A DNA stretch of 64,000 nucleotides from a virus (lineage: Duplodnaviria > Heunggongvirae > Uroviricota > Caudoviricetes). The position numbers and the translations under genes are program-made. The notes beneath the pieces are model-generated. The model was not told where the DNA came from. It did not search any database and worked only from the letters and a program-made list of their open reading frames with translations. The stretch lies in IMG/VR virus record IMGVR_UViG_3300005264_000029, positions 1-64,000 of that record; one strand, written 5' to 3'. This document shows, piece by piece, positions 35,936 through 44,983 of the stretch. The stretch's first letter is position 1, and every line of letters starts with the position of its first letter.

Positions 35936-36094
35936 TTTAAAGTTGTGTATAGAGTGTTTTAATACTTGTTAGTATCTTATATTAAATATTAGAAGAGATA
36001 ATAAAAAAGTAATGTTATGACACCCTAAAAATTAAAATACTCTATACACTCATATATTTAATTATATAAAGTGTGTGTAAAATACACCACCTTA

Positions 36095-36180
36095 ACGAAA
36101 GGTTTATAAATACTTAAGTACTTATATATTTATCAAGTGAGAGAGTCACAACATAGACACTTTTACTTAAACTAAAAATG
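36095..36180 (+). promoter_or_regulatory. promoter-leader copy 3
   Basis: near-identical to 32315-32396. Confidence 0.5.
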
Positions 36181-36324
36181 GATAACGAAAATAATAAACA
36201 AAACAAAAAAACAGAATTTAAGGATTTAACAATTATGTTAAAAGTTGGTTGTGTTGGTGGAGTAATTACAATTATAAGTTTTACTATTAATTTCTTTATA
36301 GGATTCTTTGGAGCTTTAATTTAA
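36178..36324 (+). CDS. small membrane protein (48 aa)
   Basis: ATG after leader; C-terminal TM. Confidence 0.35.
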   Translation: MDNENNKQNKKTEFKDLTIMLKVGCVGGVITIISFTINFFIGFFGALI

Positions 36325-36325
36325 A

Positions 36326-37120
36326 ATGAAAAATATAAAAGAAACTACTATTAAGAAATATATATGGAACTATATTAGAGATAACTATTCTAGTGAAATT
36401 GAAGAGTATAAAAAACACCTTAAAGAATTTGAAATTAAATTGAATTTGAAAGAAGAAATAATTGAAACTGTTTTACAAGGATATGATGAAAACCATTATG
36501 GAACAGAATTATTAAATGGTAGTGATGAAAACGATATGGATATGTGGGATAGAGTAACTAGATTTAGAGATGAAGTTGAAGACCAAGATTTAGATGACTT
36601 AATTAAGTATATGGATAAAGAAGAAGAAATATTTTGGGATAGGCAGTATATAGATAGCGATTGGATTATGGAAGATATTATGCATGAATTCAAATGGGAT
36701 AAAAAAGATTATGATAAATATACTAATTATTGTGATAGTTATCAAGGTAGTTTACATTTAACAAATAAATACTTCGAGGGTATTAATTCATTTAATCAAG
36801 AGTATAGAAATAAAAATGATATTGAAGAACACTTAGCTTATAATTTCGATTTAATAGAAACTATGAATATGATTTTAATTGAAAACTATAAAGGGTATGA
36901 TGTAGATTATAAAGAATTTAGAAAAGAAATATCAAATACAAAAACTAAAGTTAAAGAGGAATTAGAAAAAAGATTAAAAGAATTTAATAAAGAGAAAAAT
37001 ACAATTCTAAAAGAATTAAAATTAGTTGATTGTAATAATATTTATTTAGTTGGATTAATTGAAAGTGATTTAGCAAGTAAAAATATAGAGATTAAAAGTA
37101 TTATAGAGGTTTTAAAATAA
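36326..37120 (+). CDS. acidic D/E-rich protein (264 aa)
   Basis: ORF track; ends ...IIEVLK*. Confidence 0.5.
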   Translation: MKNIKETTIKKYIWNYIRDNYSSEIEEYKKHLKEFEIKLNLKEEIIETVLQGYDENHYGTELLNGSDENDMDMWDRVTRFRDEVEDQDLDDLIKYMDKEEEIFWDRQYIDSDWIMEDIMHEFKWDKKDYDKYTNYCDSYQGSLHLTNKYFEGINSFNQEYRNKNDIEEHLAYNFDLIETMNMILIENYKGYDVDYKEFRKEISNTKTKVKEELEKRLKEFNKEKNTILKELKLVDCNNIYLVGLIESDLASKNIEIKSIIEVLK

Positions 37121-37268
37121 AAATGGTAAAAATTAATGAAGAATATATTATAGAACAAGGTCAAGAAGTTTATGGGGATATTAGAAATACAATAGATGAA
37201 GTTTTATTTAATGAGGATTATTAAAATGAGTGTAACGAATTTTAATAAACTGAACGAAACGAAGTGTA

Positions 37269-37451
37269 GTGAGGAATACTAAAATGAATGTAAAAGAATT
37301 AAAACAATTACTTACTAAGTTTGATGATAATATTGAAGTGTTAATATCTATGGATAGTGAGGGAAATATGTATCATAATTTAGATGATATTTATCATAAT
37401 AAAACTCAATTGGTTTTATATCCAAATGATGAAGATATAGAGGTAGATTAA
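37269..37451 (+). CDS. hypothetical 'MNVKEL' protein (60 aa); paralog of 41404 gene
   Basis: ORF track; CGAAACGAAGTG leader upstream. Confidence 0.4.
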   Translation: MRNTKMNVKELKQLLTKFDDNIEVLISMDSEGNMYHNLDDIYHNKTQLVLYPNDEDIEVD

Positions 37452-37453
37452 AA

Positions 37454-37633
37454 ATGGAAATTAATACAAGACTTGAAATGAGCGAATTAATACTTGATTT
37501 AATTGTAAAGAAAAGAAACACAGATTTAACACCAATTGAAAATAGAAGTTTAGAAATATTACAAAGAGTAAGAGAAGAGGATTTGAGCGATAGTGAAATA
37601 CCGAATGAAGTAAAACGAAATGATGATAATTAA
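37454..37633 (+). CDS. hypothetical protein (59 aa) ending 'LSDSEIPNEVK...'
   Basis: C-terminal box repeated at end of 37779 gene. Confidence 0.35.
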   Translation: MEINTRLEMSELILDLIVKKRNTDLTPIENRSLEILQRVREEDLSDSEIPNEVKRNDDN

Positions 37634-37635
37634 AA

Positions 37636-37776
37636 ATGGAAAAAGAATTAAAAGAATATTATGTAGATTTTGAAAGTATTATTGTTATGGCTAGAGATAT
37701 AGAACACGCTAGGGAATTAGGATTTGAGCATATAAATAAATGTGATGTAGAAGTTACAAATATAGAATTAAATTAA
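37636..37776 (+). CDS. hypothetical protein (46 aa)
   Basis: tight spacing. Confidence 0.3.
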   Translation: MEKELKEYYVDFESIIVMARDIEHARELGFEHINKCDVEVTNIELN

Positions 37777-37778
37777 AA

Positions 37779-38351
37779 ATGGAAAATAGATATAATTTAA
37801 GAATTGGAAACGATAGTAAGATTTACATTAATGGTGAAGTTATTAATGATGAAATATTCACACAAGAAAAATGTGGGTATGTTGTTGAAGAAAGAGATGA
37901 AACTATTAATAATCTAATTAATTGGATTAGTGAAAATTCAAGTAATCACGAAAGAGAATTAATGAAAGATGATTTAAAATATTTAATGAGTTGTACCGAT
38001 AAATATTTATTTAGTGATGTATCTACAAATAGTTATATTTTAGAAGAAACTGATATTTGTGTATTTGATAATATTTGTGAGGACATTTTAAATTTAAATC
38101 GAAATGGTAATAAAGTTATGAAAAGATATAATGTATCTTTTTTAGTATATGAAAGAGTTTGTCAATACATTGAAACTGATGAAACTGATGAAGATAAAAT
38201 ATTTGAAATGGCAGTAGATAAAGCGACAAAAGAACAAGAAAAAGTATATTGGCAAGTTGATAATCATATGATTGGAACTGATGTAGAAATTGAGAATTTG
38301 AGCGATAGCGAAATACCGAATGAAACGAAGTGTAATAAGGGGTTAGATTAA
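37779..38351 (+). CDS. acidic hypothetical protein (190 aa)
   Basis: ORF track. Confidence 0.5.
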   Translation: MENRYNLRIGNDSKIYINGEVINDEIFTQEKCGYVVEERDETINNLINWISENSSNHERELMKDDLKYLMSCTDKYLFSDVSTNSYILEETDICVFDNICEDILNLNRNGNKVMKRYNVSFLVYERVCQYIETDETDEDKIFEMAVDKATKEQEKVYWQVDNHMIGTDVEIENLSDSEIPNETKCNKGLD

Positions 38352-38352
38352 A

Positions 38353-38739
38353 ATGGGAAGATTCGTGACAGGAGAAGGCTTTGAATGGAAATTTGCTTTT
38401 GGAACTCAAGATAGTAGTTTTGGAGAAGTACTTGAAGAGATATTAAATGATGATGATGATAATTATGTAAATAGATTTGTTGGAACACAAAATCAAGGAG
38501 AACAATTAGAATTGTATATTGATGATATTAAAGATTTAATCAATATAATTAAATCCTATATTGGAGAAGACTTTAAAATTATTGAGTGGGATAAAAAAGA
38601 CACTTATTCAAGTGAAGAAGAAACACGAAAAGGAGCAGATAAAAAATATTGGGATAAATTAATGATGTTAAAATTTCAAAAATATTTAGAAAAAGAAAAC
38701 TTTTGTGAAGAATATTTAAACTTTTATGTGGAGTATTAA
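38353..38739 (+). CDS. acidic hypothetical protein (128 aa)
   Basis: ORF track. Confidence 0.5.
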   Translation: MGRFVTGEGFEWKFAFGTQDSSFGEVLEEILNDDDDNYVNRFVGTQNQGEQLELYIDDIKDLINIIKSYIGEDFKIIEWDKKDTYSSEEETRKGADKKYWDKLMMLKFQKYLEKENFCEEYLNFYVEY

Positions 38740-38742
38740 AAA

Positions 38743-39054
38743 ATGGTAAGAGATGTAAATACAAATATATATTTAAGAGCTTATTATAATAAGTTTAACT
38801 ATTATAATACTCGAAAAGAAATTGAAAGCTTATCAAGATTTTCAGATAATGATTTAAAATATGGTTTGAAAGTAATGCAAGATAATTCATTTATTAAACT
38901 TAAAAGTGATAGACTCCTTTATATTTTTAGTGAAATTGTTGATGTACTTGAAAACCTTAATACTTACAAATGTGAGAAATGCAATACAATATATTATACT
39001 AAAGAAGATTTAAAAGAATGTGAATGTTTTATATATGAGGAATTAGAAAAATGA
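38743..39054 (+). CDS. hypothetical protein with C-terminal CxxC...CxC (103 aa)
   Basis: ORF track. Confidence 0.45.
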   Translation: MVRDVNTNIYLRAYYNKFNYYNTRKEIESLSRFSDNDLKYGLKVMQDNSFIKLKSDRLLYIFSEIVDVLENLNTYKCEKCNTIYYTKEDLKECECFIYEELEK

Positions 39055-39254
39055 AACAGATTAAAAAACAATTATTATATATAGAAAATTATGATACCGA
39101 AAATGAAAAAGATATCATAAAGGAATTTGATACTTTAAAAGAAGTGTTTGAATTTATTGATAAAGAACAATTAGAAATATATACTATTTATGTTGAAATT
39201 GATAACAAGTGTTATAATATATGTACCGAAGAAGAGGGGTTAGAATTTAATTAA
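39051..39254 (+). CDS. hypothetical protein (67 aa)
   Basis: ORF track. Confidence 0.4.
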   Translation: MKQIKKQLLYIENYDTENEKDIIKEFDTLKEVFEFIDKEQLEIYTIYVEIDNKCYNICTEEEGLEFN

Positions 39255-39256
39255 AA

Positions 39257-39706
39257 ATGAGCTTTGAACATAACGAAATAATTGAGAAAAAAGATTTTTA
39301 TTGTAGAACTTGTAGTGAATGTGGGAAAGGAATGAATGAGGGTTTTTTAGTTGGTGGTGGAATGGAATACTATTGTACTGATGAATGCTTACATAAACAT
39401 TACACTAAAGAAGAATGGGAAAATGAAATGTATAGTGATGATAGTGATGAAAATTATTGGACAGAATGGGATATTGATGAAGAGTATGAACAATATTTAG
39501 AAGATAATAATTTCGAATTAAAACAGAATTACATTACAAATAATCAAGATATTAGAATGATAGAAAAACATATTTATAATCGTGATTATGATGACCTAAG
39601 CGATTATGGAAAAGGTATAAGAGATTTACTTAACTATCTAAATAAGAGTGAAGAAATAGAACAAAAAGATTTAATATATTGTGAACTAAAAGCGAGGAAT
39701 AAATAA
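39257..39706 (+). CDS. zinc-ribbon acidic protein (149 aa)
   Basis: 'CRTCSECG...YYCTDEC'. Confidence 0.5.
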   Translation: MSFEHNEIIEKKDFYCRTCSECGKGMNEGFLVGGGMEYYCTDECLHKHYTKEEWENEMYSDDSDENYWTEWDIDEEYEQYLEDNNFELKQNYITNNQDIRMIEKHIYNRDYDDLSDYGKGIRDLLNYLNKSEEIEQKDLIYCELKARNK

Positions 39707-39709
39707 GAA

Positions 39710-40009
39710 ATGGTAAATAAAAAATTAAAAAATTATAGAGTTTTTATGGTTAGAGTTTTTAGAAATGTAAAGTCATATGAAGTAAAAGCAACAAGTGAAA
39801 AAGAAGCTGAAAAATTGGCTGAAAAGGTAGCATACAAAACTAATAATCAATATGAATTATTATACAATAGTGTAGATAATGGATTTTGTGAAATAAATTC
39901 AGTAGAAATTAAAAAACTAGGATATCATATTAGCGATGAAACAAAACCTTTTAAAGTTAAAAAAATATTTGAAAACGATATTGGGAAAGTATATATTAGC
40001 AATGAATAA
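39710..40009 (+). CDS. hypothetical protein (99 aa)
   Basis: ORF track. Confidence 0.45.
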   Translation: MVNKKLKNYRVFMVRVFRNVKSYEVKATSEKEAEKLAEKVAYKTNNQYELLYNSVDNGFCEINSVEIKKLGYHISDETKPFKVKKIFENDIGKVYISNE

Positions 40010-40023
40010 AAAATGAATAAAAA

Positions 40024-40206
40024 ATGAATAAAGAAAATGTACTTGTAAAACCAATGAGTGATATAGATTATTTACAATTTAGAATTACTGATTTAATCAA
40101 TTCTAAATATAATATAGAAACAACAATTATTAATGTAAATAGATTATTTGAAGATTATAAAACTAAAGAGAGTACCGATAAAAAACTAAGAGGAATTGGA
40201 TTATAA
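40024..40206 (+). CDS. hypothetical protein (60 aa)
   Basis: ORF track. Confidence 0.35.
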   Translation: MNKENVLVKPMSDIDYLQFRITDLINSKYNIETTIINVNRLFEDYKTKESTDKKLRGIGL

Positions 40207-40210
40207 AAAA

Positions 40211-40477
40211 ATGGTGAAATTAATAAATATAGATAATTGTGTAAGTGCGTGGAGTGTTTTTGAAATTTCAAAAGAATTAGGATTGACTAATGAATTTGAA
40301 GAATGGAAAAATCAATTAGATAACACCTTTGAATGTTATGGAACTTATGAAGATGAAACATTTAATTGTGAGGATACAGAACTACTACATAACTTCTTAG
40401 TATTTTGTGGTGGTAATTATCAAATGATTATAGGTAAGGTATTCGATGATGATTTATTTAGAGTGATGAGGGTATAA
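40211..40477 (+). CDS. hypothetical protein (88 aa)
   Basis: track ORF 40196; internal ATG 40211 avoids overlap. Confidence 0.4.
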   Translation: MVKLINIDNCVSAWSVFEISKELGLTNEFEEWKNQLDNTFECYGTYEDETFNCEDTELLHNFLVFCGGNYQMIIGKVFDDDLFRVMRV

Positions 40478-40483
40478 ATAAAA

Positions 40484-40648
40484 ATGGTTAGATGTATAAA
40501 AGTTATTCAAGAATATACTATTGGTATATTTGAAAGAGAAGTTAATAAGGTTAATAATGAAATTACTAAACTATATGGGATAAAATATAATACTATAGTA
40601 TTACAAGATAATAGAATTGTGTATATTGCATATATAGATTATGAATAA
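40484..40648 (+). CDS. hypothetical protein (54 aa)
   Basis: ATG-to-stop frame. Confidence 0.3.
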   Translation: MVRCIKVIQEYTIGIFEREVNKVNNEITKLYGIKYNTIVLQDNRIVYIAYIDYE

Positions 40649-40658
40649 AAAAAAGAAA

Positions 40659-41195
40659 ATGGTAGAAATGATAGAATTAAAATTAGATGAAATTGAACAG
40701 ATGTTTTGTGAAGATGAGGGAATACTCTCTAAGTATAGTGAAGTAACAAAAGATACTATACTTGATTGGTTAGTTGAAAAAGGATATTATCACGATATAC
40801 AAAAATTATATATGGTAGAATATTATTCAGATGAAACCGATTTATCACATACAACTTTTGAATTATTTAAATCGTATGAAAATGCTAAAGGATTTACTAA
40901 AGGATTAGGAGAAAATGCTATACATATTGCTAGTGCAGATTTTGATATGAGATGTGTTTGGATAGAAGATAATCATTTACAATATAATGATGTTAGTGAA
41001 TTATATGATTTAAATTCTATGGAAATCTTAAAAGAATTTAAATTAAAAATCATTTCTGATAGAGAAGATTTTATAGAAGAATTACTAGGAACATTTAGAG
41101 AAGATGTTGTAAGAGAATATGCTACTGAACATTTTGAAAACTTATTATCAATAGAAGAGAATATAGATAAATTTCAGGAGTGGATTGTAAAATGA
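40659..41195 (+). CDS. acidic hypothetical protein (about 178 aa)
   Basis: track ORF 40641; start trimmed. Confidence 0.45.
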   Translation: MVEMIELKLDEIEQMFCEDEGILSKYSEVTKDTILDWLVEKGYYHDIQKLYMVEYYSDETDLSHTTFELFKSYENAKGFTKGLGENAIHIASADFDMRCVWIEDNHLQYNDVSELYDLNSMEILKEFKLKIISDREDFIEELLGTFREDVVREYATEHFENLLSIEENIDKFQEWIVK

Positions 41196-41401
41196 AAATT
41201 ACAGAAAAAACTATTAGAAAACAAATTGTAGAACAAGTTGATTTTTTGTTTAATACCTATTGTGATTATATAGAAAAAGAAAACTATTCACAAGAAGAAA
41301 ATGATGAAATTGAAAGTATATTTATGTCTTACAGAAATGTAATTGCAGGTACAGAGTGGATAGGAGAAAAACAAGAATATGAAAAATATGAGGTTCGATA
41401 A
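41192..41401 (+). CDS. hypothetical protein (69 aa)
   Basis: track ORF 41180; ATGA junction. Confidence 0.4.
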   Translation: MKITEKTIRKQIVEQVDFLFNTYCDYIEKENYSQEENDEIESIFMSYRNVIAGTEWIGEKQEYEKYEVR

Positions 41402-41403
41402 AA

Positions 41404-41553
41404 ATGAATGTAAAAGAATTAATTAAAGAATTAGAAAAAGTGGATAATAAGGAAAAAGAAGTATATGTTTATGATGATTGTGAAATATTTGAAATTGCTT
41501 TAGTTGATTTATCTATTAGTGATAGAGTCGATATTAATATAGGTGGATTGTAA
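41404..41553 (+). CDS. hypothetical 'MNVKEL' protein (49 aa)
   Basis: N-terminus matches 37269 gene. Confidence 0.35.
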   Translation: MNVKELIKELEKVDNKEKEVYVYDDCEIFEIALVDLSISDRVDINIGGL

Positions 41554-41554
41554 A

Positions 41555-41677
41555 ATGAGTTATTATATAGTTAAAGTAAAAGGAAACAGCGAAGAGTTTA
41601 TAGTTAATGGAAATAGTGCAGAACATAGTATTGAACTATTTAATAAGGCTTATGTAAATGTGGAGTTTGTAAAATGA
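41555..41677 (+). CDS. hypothetical protein (40 aa)
   Basis: ATGA coupling. Confidence 0.25.
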   Translation: MSYYIVKVKGNSEEFIVNGNSAEHSIELFNKAYVNVEFVK

Positions 41678-41874
41678 GCTATAATTGGAATGGTATGATA
41701 AAAATAAACTATGAAGATTGTTTAACTTTGTTTGATAATGAAATTGAAACATTTTTACTTTATGATGATAATACGGAAGCCGTAACAACTTCAAGACAAG
41801 AAATTTATAAACACTATAATTTAAGTGGAGAATTTGGAATCGAAAATGTAGAAGACATTGAAGTAGAACAATGA
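41674..41874 (+). CDS. hypothetical acidic protein (66 aa)
   Basis: ORF track. Confidence 0.4.
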   Translation: MSYNWNGMIKINYEDCLTLFDNEIETFLLYDDNTEAVTTSRQEIYKHYNLSGEFGIENVEDIEVEQ

Positions 41875-42212
41875 TTGAAGATTTAGATATAAAAACAATT
41901 ATACCATATTATGAAGTAAAGGGGTGTTTTGGATATGAAACAAAATCTAGTATGAGATTACTTAAACCTATTATTAATTTCTCTTCTAGGTTTGAAGAAG
42001 TTACAACTCATATTAGTAAAGTACTCAAAGCTTATGATATTAAACATAACATAATGTTTAGAGGTAATGCTTATCATTTAAGAATGTCACATATAACAAA
42101 TTGTCATAGATTTACTAAGTTGCTTGTAGATGGTGGAATGAGAGTGAGATTAAAAGAAGTTGAAGAAATGTATAACTATTGTAATAAAAATGATAAACGA
42201 AATAAAACTTAA
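41871..42212 (+). CDS. hypothetical protein (113 aa)
   Basis: ORF track. Confidence 0.45.
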   Translation: MIEDLDIKTIIPYYEVKGCFGYETKSSMRLLKPIINFSSRFEEVTTHISKVLKAYDIKHNIMFRGNAYHLRMSHITNCHRFTKLLVDGGMRVRLKEVEEMYNYCNKNDKRNKT

Positions 42213-42498
42213 ATTCAGAACAGAAGAAACTACAACAACTATAAATGCTAATATTAAACCTATGAGTCTTGAAGAGTATAAACAATATTTAACCAATAAT
42301 AAATATTATCTTTTCTATTTGATGTATAAAGGATATACAGACCAAGTTAATAAATACTCAAAGTTGCACGATACATTTATGATTTTGTTTGAAACTGAAA
42401 ACCAAAAGATATTTATTAATCATACTGATACTTGTATCACCGAAATATTTGAAATGTGGTATAAAGAAGAAACTAAATTAATTAATATTTTTGATTGA
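42190..42498 (+). CDS. hypothetical protein (102 aa)
   Basis: track ORF 42160 trimmed to ATG 42190. Confidence 0.4.
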   Translation: MINEIKLKFRTEETTTTINANIKPMSLEEYKQYLTNNKYYLFYLMYKGYTDQVNKYSKLHDTFMILFETENQKIFINHTDTCITEIFEMWYKEETKLINIFD

Positions 42499-42611
42499 TT
42501 ATGAAAGTACTTTGTGATGTTTATATATTTCATCATTAAATAAAATATAGTATCCTTAAAACTTAGTTTTTAGGTCACGACCGAAACGAAGTGCAGGGAA
42601 TAAAATTAAAA

Positions 42612-42737
42612 ATGAGCGAAGAATATTACGAAGAAGAAAATAGACAAAGTTGGTATGATAGATATAACTCTAGGACTTCAAATTCATTAGAAGAAAAAAG
42701 ACTTAATGTTATTGATGTAATTAATGGATATAATTAA
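42612..42737 (+). CDS. hypothetical acidic peptide (41 aa)
   Basis: preceded by CGAAACGAAGTGCAGGGAATA leader. Confidence 0.3.
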   Translation: MSEEYYEEENRQSWYDRYNSRTSNSLEEKRLNVIDVINGYN

Positions 42738-42738
42738 A

Positions 42739-42996
42739 ATGAAACATAAAACCTTTTTAATTATATTTTTATCTTTAATAATTATTCTATGTTTTGTATA
42801 TTTAGGATTTATAATATATGAATCTAATAATGATAATAATAATAATAATGATACAGAAAAGGAAATTACTGATTGTTATGATAGATATGGAAATAAAATT
42901 ATAGGACAACAATGTGAAGTATCTGATAGAAACTTTCCTATACATTTAGTATTTTTAGCAATGATTATTATATTTATAGGATTTATGCATATTTAA
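42739..42996 (+). CDS. two-TM membrane protein (85 aa)
   Basis: track ORF 42724 trimmed. Confidence 0.4.
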   Translation: MKHKTFLIIFLSLIIILCFVYLGFIIYESNNDNNNNNDTEKEITDCYDRYGNKIIGQQCEVSDRNFPIHLVFLAMIIIFIGFMHI

Positions 42997-42997
42997 A

Positions 42998-43222
42998 ATG
43001 AATTTAGAAAATAATACAGACGGAAAAAGTACAATGACAATTCAATTGAGTAATATCATTGAAGAATTACATAAAGATAATAAATCAATTATCTTCGATG
43101 AGGCTATGAGTTCTATGGTTAAATTTGATAGAACAAAAGAAGACGAATTATTTAATATTGAACTTGAAAGAATATTACATAGAACAGAAAAAATAATTGA
43201 TAAACTAAATAATCGATTATAA
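42998..43222 (+). CDS. hypothetical protein (74 aa); last plus-strand gene
   Basis: ORF track. Confidence 0.4.
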   Translation: MNLENNTDGKSTMTIQLSNIIEELHKDNKSIIFDEAMSSMVKFDRTKEDELFNIELERILHRTEKIIDKLNNRL

Positions 43223-43367
43223 GCATACTTTTTATTTAATTTGATTTATGTATAATAAAACATATAATCTCTTTAAGATACTCGTTTCGTTACACTTCAA
43301 TCGTGACTTAATGTTCATTAAGATCAAGTGCCTAGACTTATACAAATTTATATTAATTCTTCCCACA

Positions 43368-43471
43368 CATATAACTTATATTCTTATTACATTCGAGAAT
43401 AAGTTTATTTCATATAACTTATATTCTTATTACATTCGAGAATAAGTTTATTTCATATAACTTATATTCTT
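43368..43471. repeat. 43-bp tandem repeat x2.4 with internal short hairpin, at convergent strand switch
   Basis: CATATAACTTATATTCTTATTACATTCGAGAATAAGTTTATTT twice plus partial. Confidence 0.85.
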
Positions 43472-43695
43472 TTAATATAAATATTATATCCTACAATGCA
43501 TTCATCATTAATATATTCTTCTGATTTGTTTAATACAGATTTATTAACTAATGATTTTATGCAACATATTAATCCTTTTTCTTTTGATAATATATCTAAA
43601 AAATCTGTTCCACTATTACCTAGATAATCTCGTGAATCATTATTCGCTTCTTTAATTTCTGTTCTCGGATAAACTTCAATTAATTTAGAATCCAT
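43462..43695 (-). CDS. hypothetical protein (77 aa), last gene of minus-strand block
   Basis: ORF track. Confidence 0.4.
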   Translation of the reverse strand: MDSKLIEVYPRTEIKEANNDSRDYLGNSGTDFLDILSKEKGLICCIKSLVNKSVLNKSEEYINDECIVGYNIYIKRI

Positions 43696-43803
43696 TATGC
43701 CTAGTTATGAATTTCAAAATTTATAAACCTTTGTTTATATATCTACTATAAATTTATACTTGCCTAGAATGTGAATTGTTTTCGATTGAATTCGAAATTA
43801 AAA

Positions 43804-43983
43804 ACGATTTTAATTATTAAGGCATGCCTATGCCTAGATGCCTATGCCTAGATAACATTTAATGAAGAATTCAATTGAAAATAAAAACTATTTTAATTAT
43901 TAAGGCATGCCTATGCCTAGATAACATTTAATGAAGAATTCAATTGAAAATAAAAACTATTTTAATTATTAAGGCATGTCTTA
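43804..43983. repeat. about 69-bp tandem repeat x2.5 containing GGCATGCCTATGCCTAGA iterons; fourth TGCCTAGA cluster 43690-43990
   Basis: copies at 43804-43887 (with 14-bp internal duplication), 43888-43956, partial 43957-43983. Confidence 0.85.
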
Positions 43984-43992
43984 ATAGAAGAA

Positions 43993-44232
43993 TTATTTAA
44001 TTTTTGTAAAATAGATGTTAAAATCAAAAGGTTTTTTCTTTGTAATCACAAGTGTATTATTAGGACCATTTAGAATCATTACATTATCAGTGTATCGATT
44101 TAAATTGTTTATGATTCTAGTAATATACGTTTCATTAATAGTCTTTTTGTCAAAGACTATTTGATTTTGTACTTTTAAATTACTGAACTTATTATATACA
44201 TCGAATTTTTGTGTTATTATTTTTATAGCCAT
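43993..44232 (-). CDS. hypothetical protein (79 aa)
   Basis: ORF track. Confidence 0.4.
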   Translation of the reverse strand: MAIKIITQKFDVYNKFSNLKVQNQIVFDKKTINETYITRIINNLNRYTDNVMILNGPNNTLVITKKKPFDFNIYFTKIK

Positions 44233-44234
44233 AT

Positions 44235-44528
44235 TTATTTTTTGAATGATATCTTATATAGTATTGCTGCCATTTCTAATACAAGTACTGAAACTAATGT
44301 ATATCTAAGTATTGGATCTACTTCATCTATAAATACTGATGCGAAAAACAATGTTGTCGTAAATGACAAATTCAAAGATTTTGTACCCATATAAAGCATT
44401 GTTTTAAATGCGAAAAATATCAATGTGATAAACCAGCCTTCAAACGATCCATTAAACATTATTGTGGCTGCACTAAAAATACTCCCATTAATTAATTCAT
44501 TCCATCCTGTTACGTTACCTATTACCAT
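44235..44528 (-). CDS. membrane protein (97 aa)
   Basis: ORF track; hydrophobic. Confidence 0.45.
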   Translation of the reverse strand: MVIGNVTGWNELINGSIFSAATIMFNGSFEGWFITLIFFAFKTMLYMGTKSLNLSFTTTLFFASVFIDEVDPILRYTLVSVLVLEMAAILYKISFKK

Positions 44529-44563
44529 TTTATTTTTAATTATACCCTAAAGGGTATAATATC

Positions 44564-44983
44564 TTAGCCCTCCTTATTTAGTTCTTTACCAGTGAACAAT
44601 GCAAATAGACTTAAACTATACATTATAGATATTAACCCATTTAAATACATTTCAAATGCTTGTGCTTCTGATGGTAGTATTCCAAGTATTATCTTTGGCG
44701 CAGCATATAAATAATCTGTCATAAAATCCATTGCATCAACTATAAATCCAAGTCCTAATAATCCTAATAAATTATCAGCCCAATTAGTTTCTGTTTGAAC
44801 AGGAACTTGATCAAACACTGTTGTATTAGTATTTTGCGAATCATAAATATCCATTTTTGCAAATTGTTCCTCATCAAATGATATTTGTTGTCCTACATAA
44901 TCCATCTCAAGTGCGTTGATTGTTATTCCTGATGCTATATTTATCATCAAAGTATATATTACTAATTTCCAAGCTAAATTCAT
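44564..44983 (-). CDS. membrane protein (139 aa), translationally coupled to giant gene
   Basis: start overlaps stop of 44980..50232 by ATGA. Confidence 0.5.
   Translation of the reverse strand: MNLAWKLVIYTLMINIASGITINALEMDYVGQQISFDEEQFAKMDIYDSQNTNTTVFDQVPVQTETNWADNLLGLLGLGFIVDAMDFMTDYLYAAPKIILGILPSEAQAFEMYLNGLISIMYSLSLFALFTGKELNKEG

Noticed and set aside
11089-38764. Numerous short minus-strand ORFs in the plus-strand block (e.g. 11089, 12318, 12652, 14368, 16100, 17136, 17718, 18634, 21560, 23845, 24432, 24920, 27067, 31115, 32420, 36496, 38116, 38579)
   Set aside because: All overlap better plus-strand genes in an AT-rich sequence where stop-poor antisense frames arise by chance. None has an upstream promoter or SD motif.
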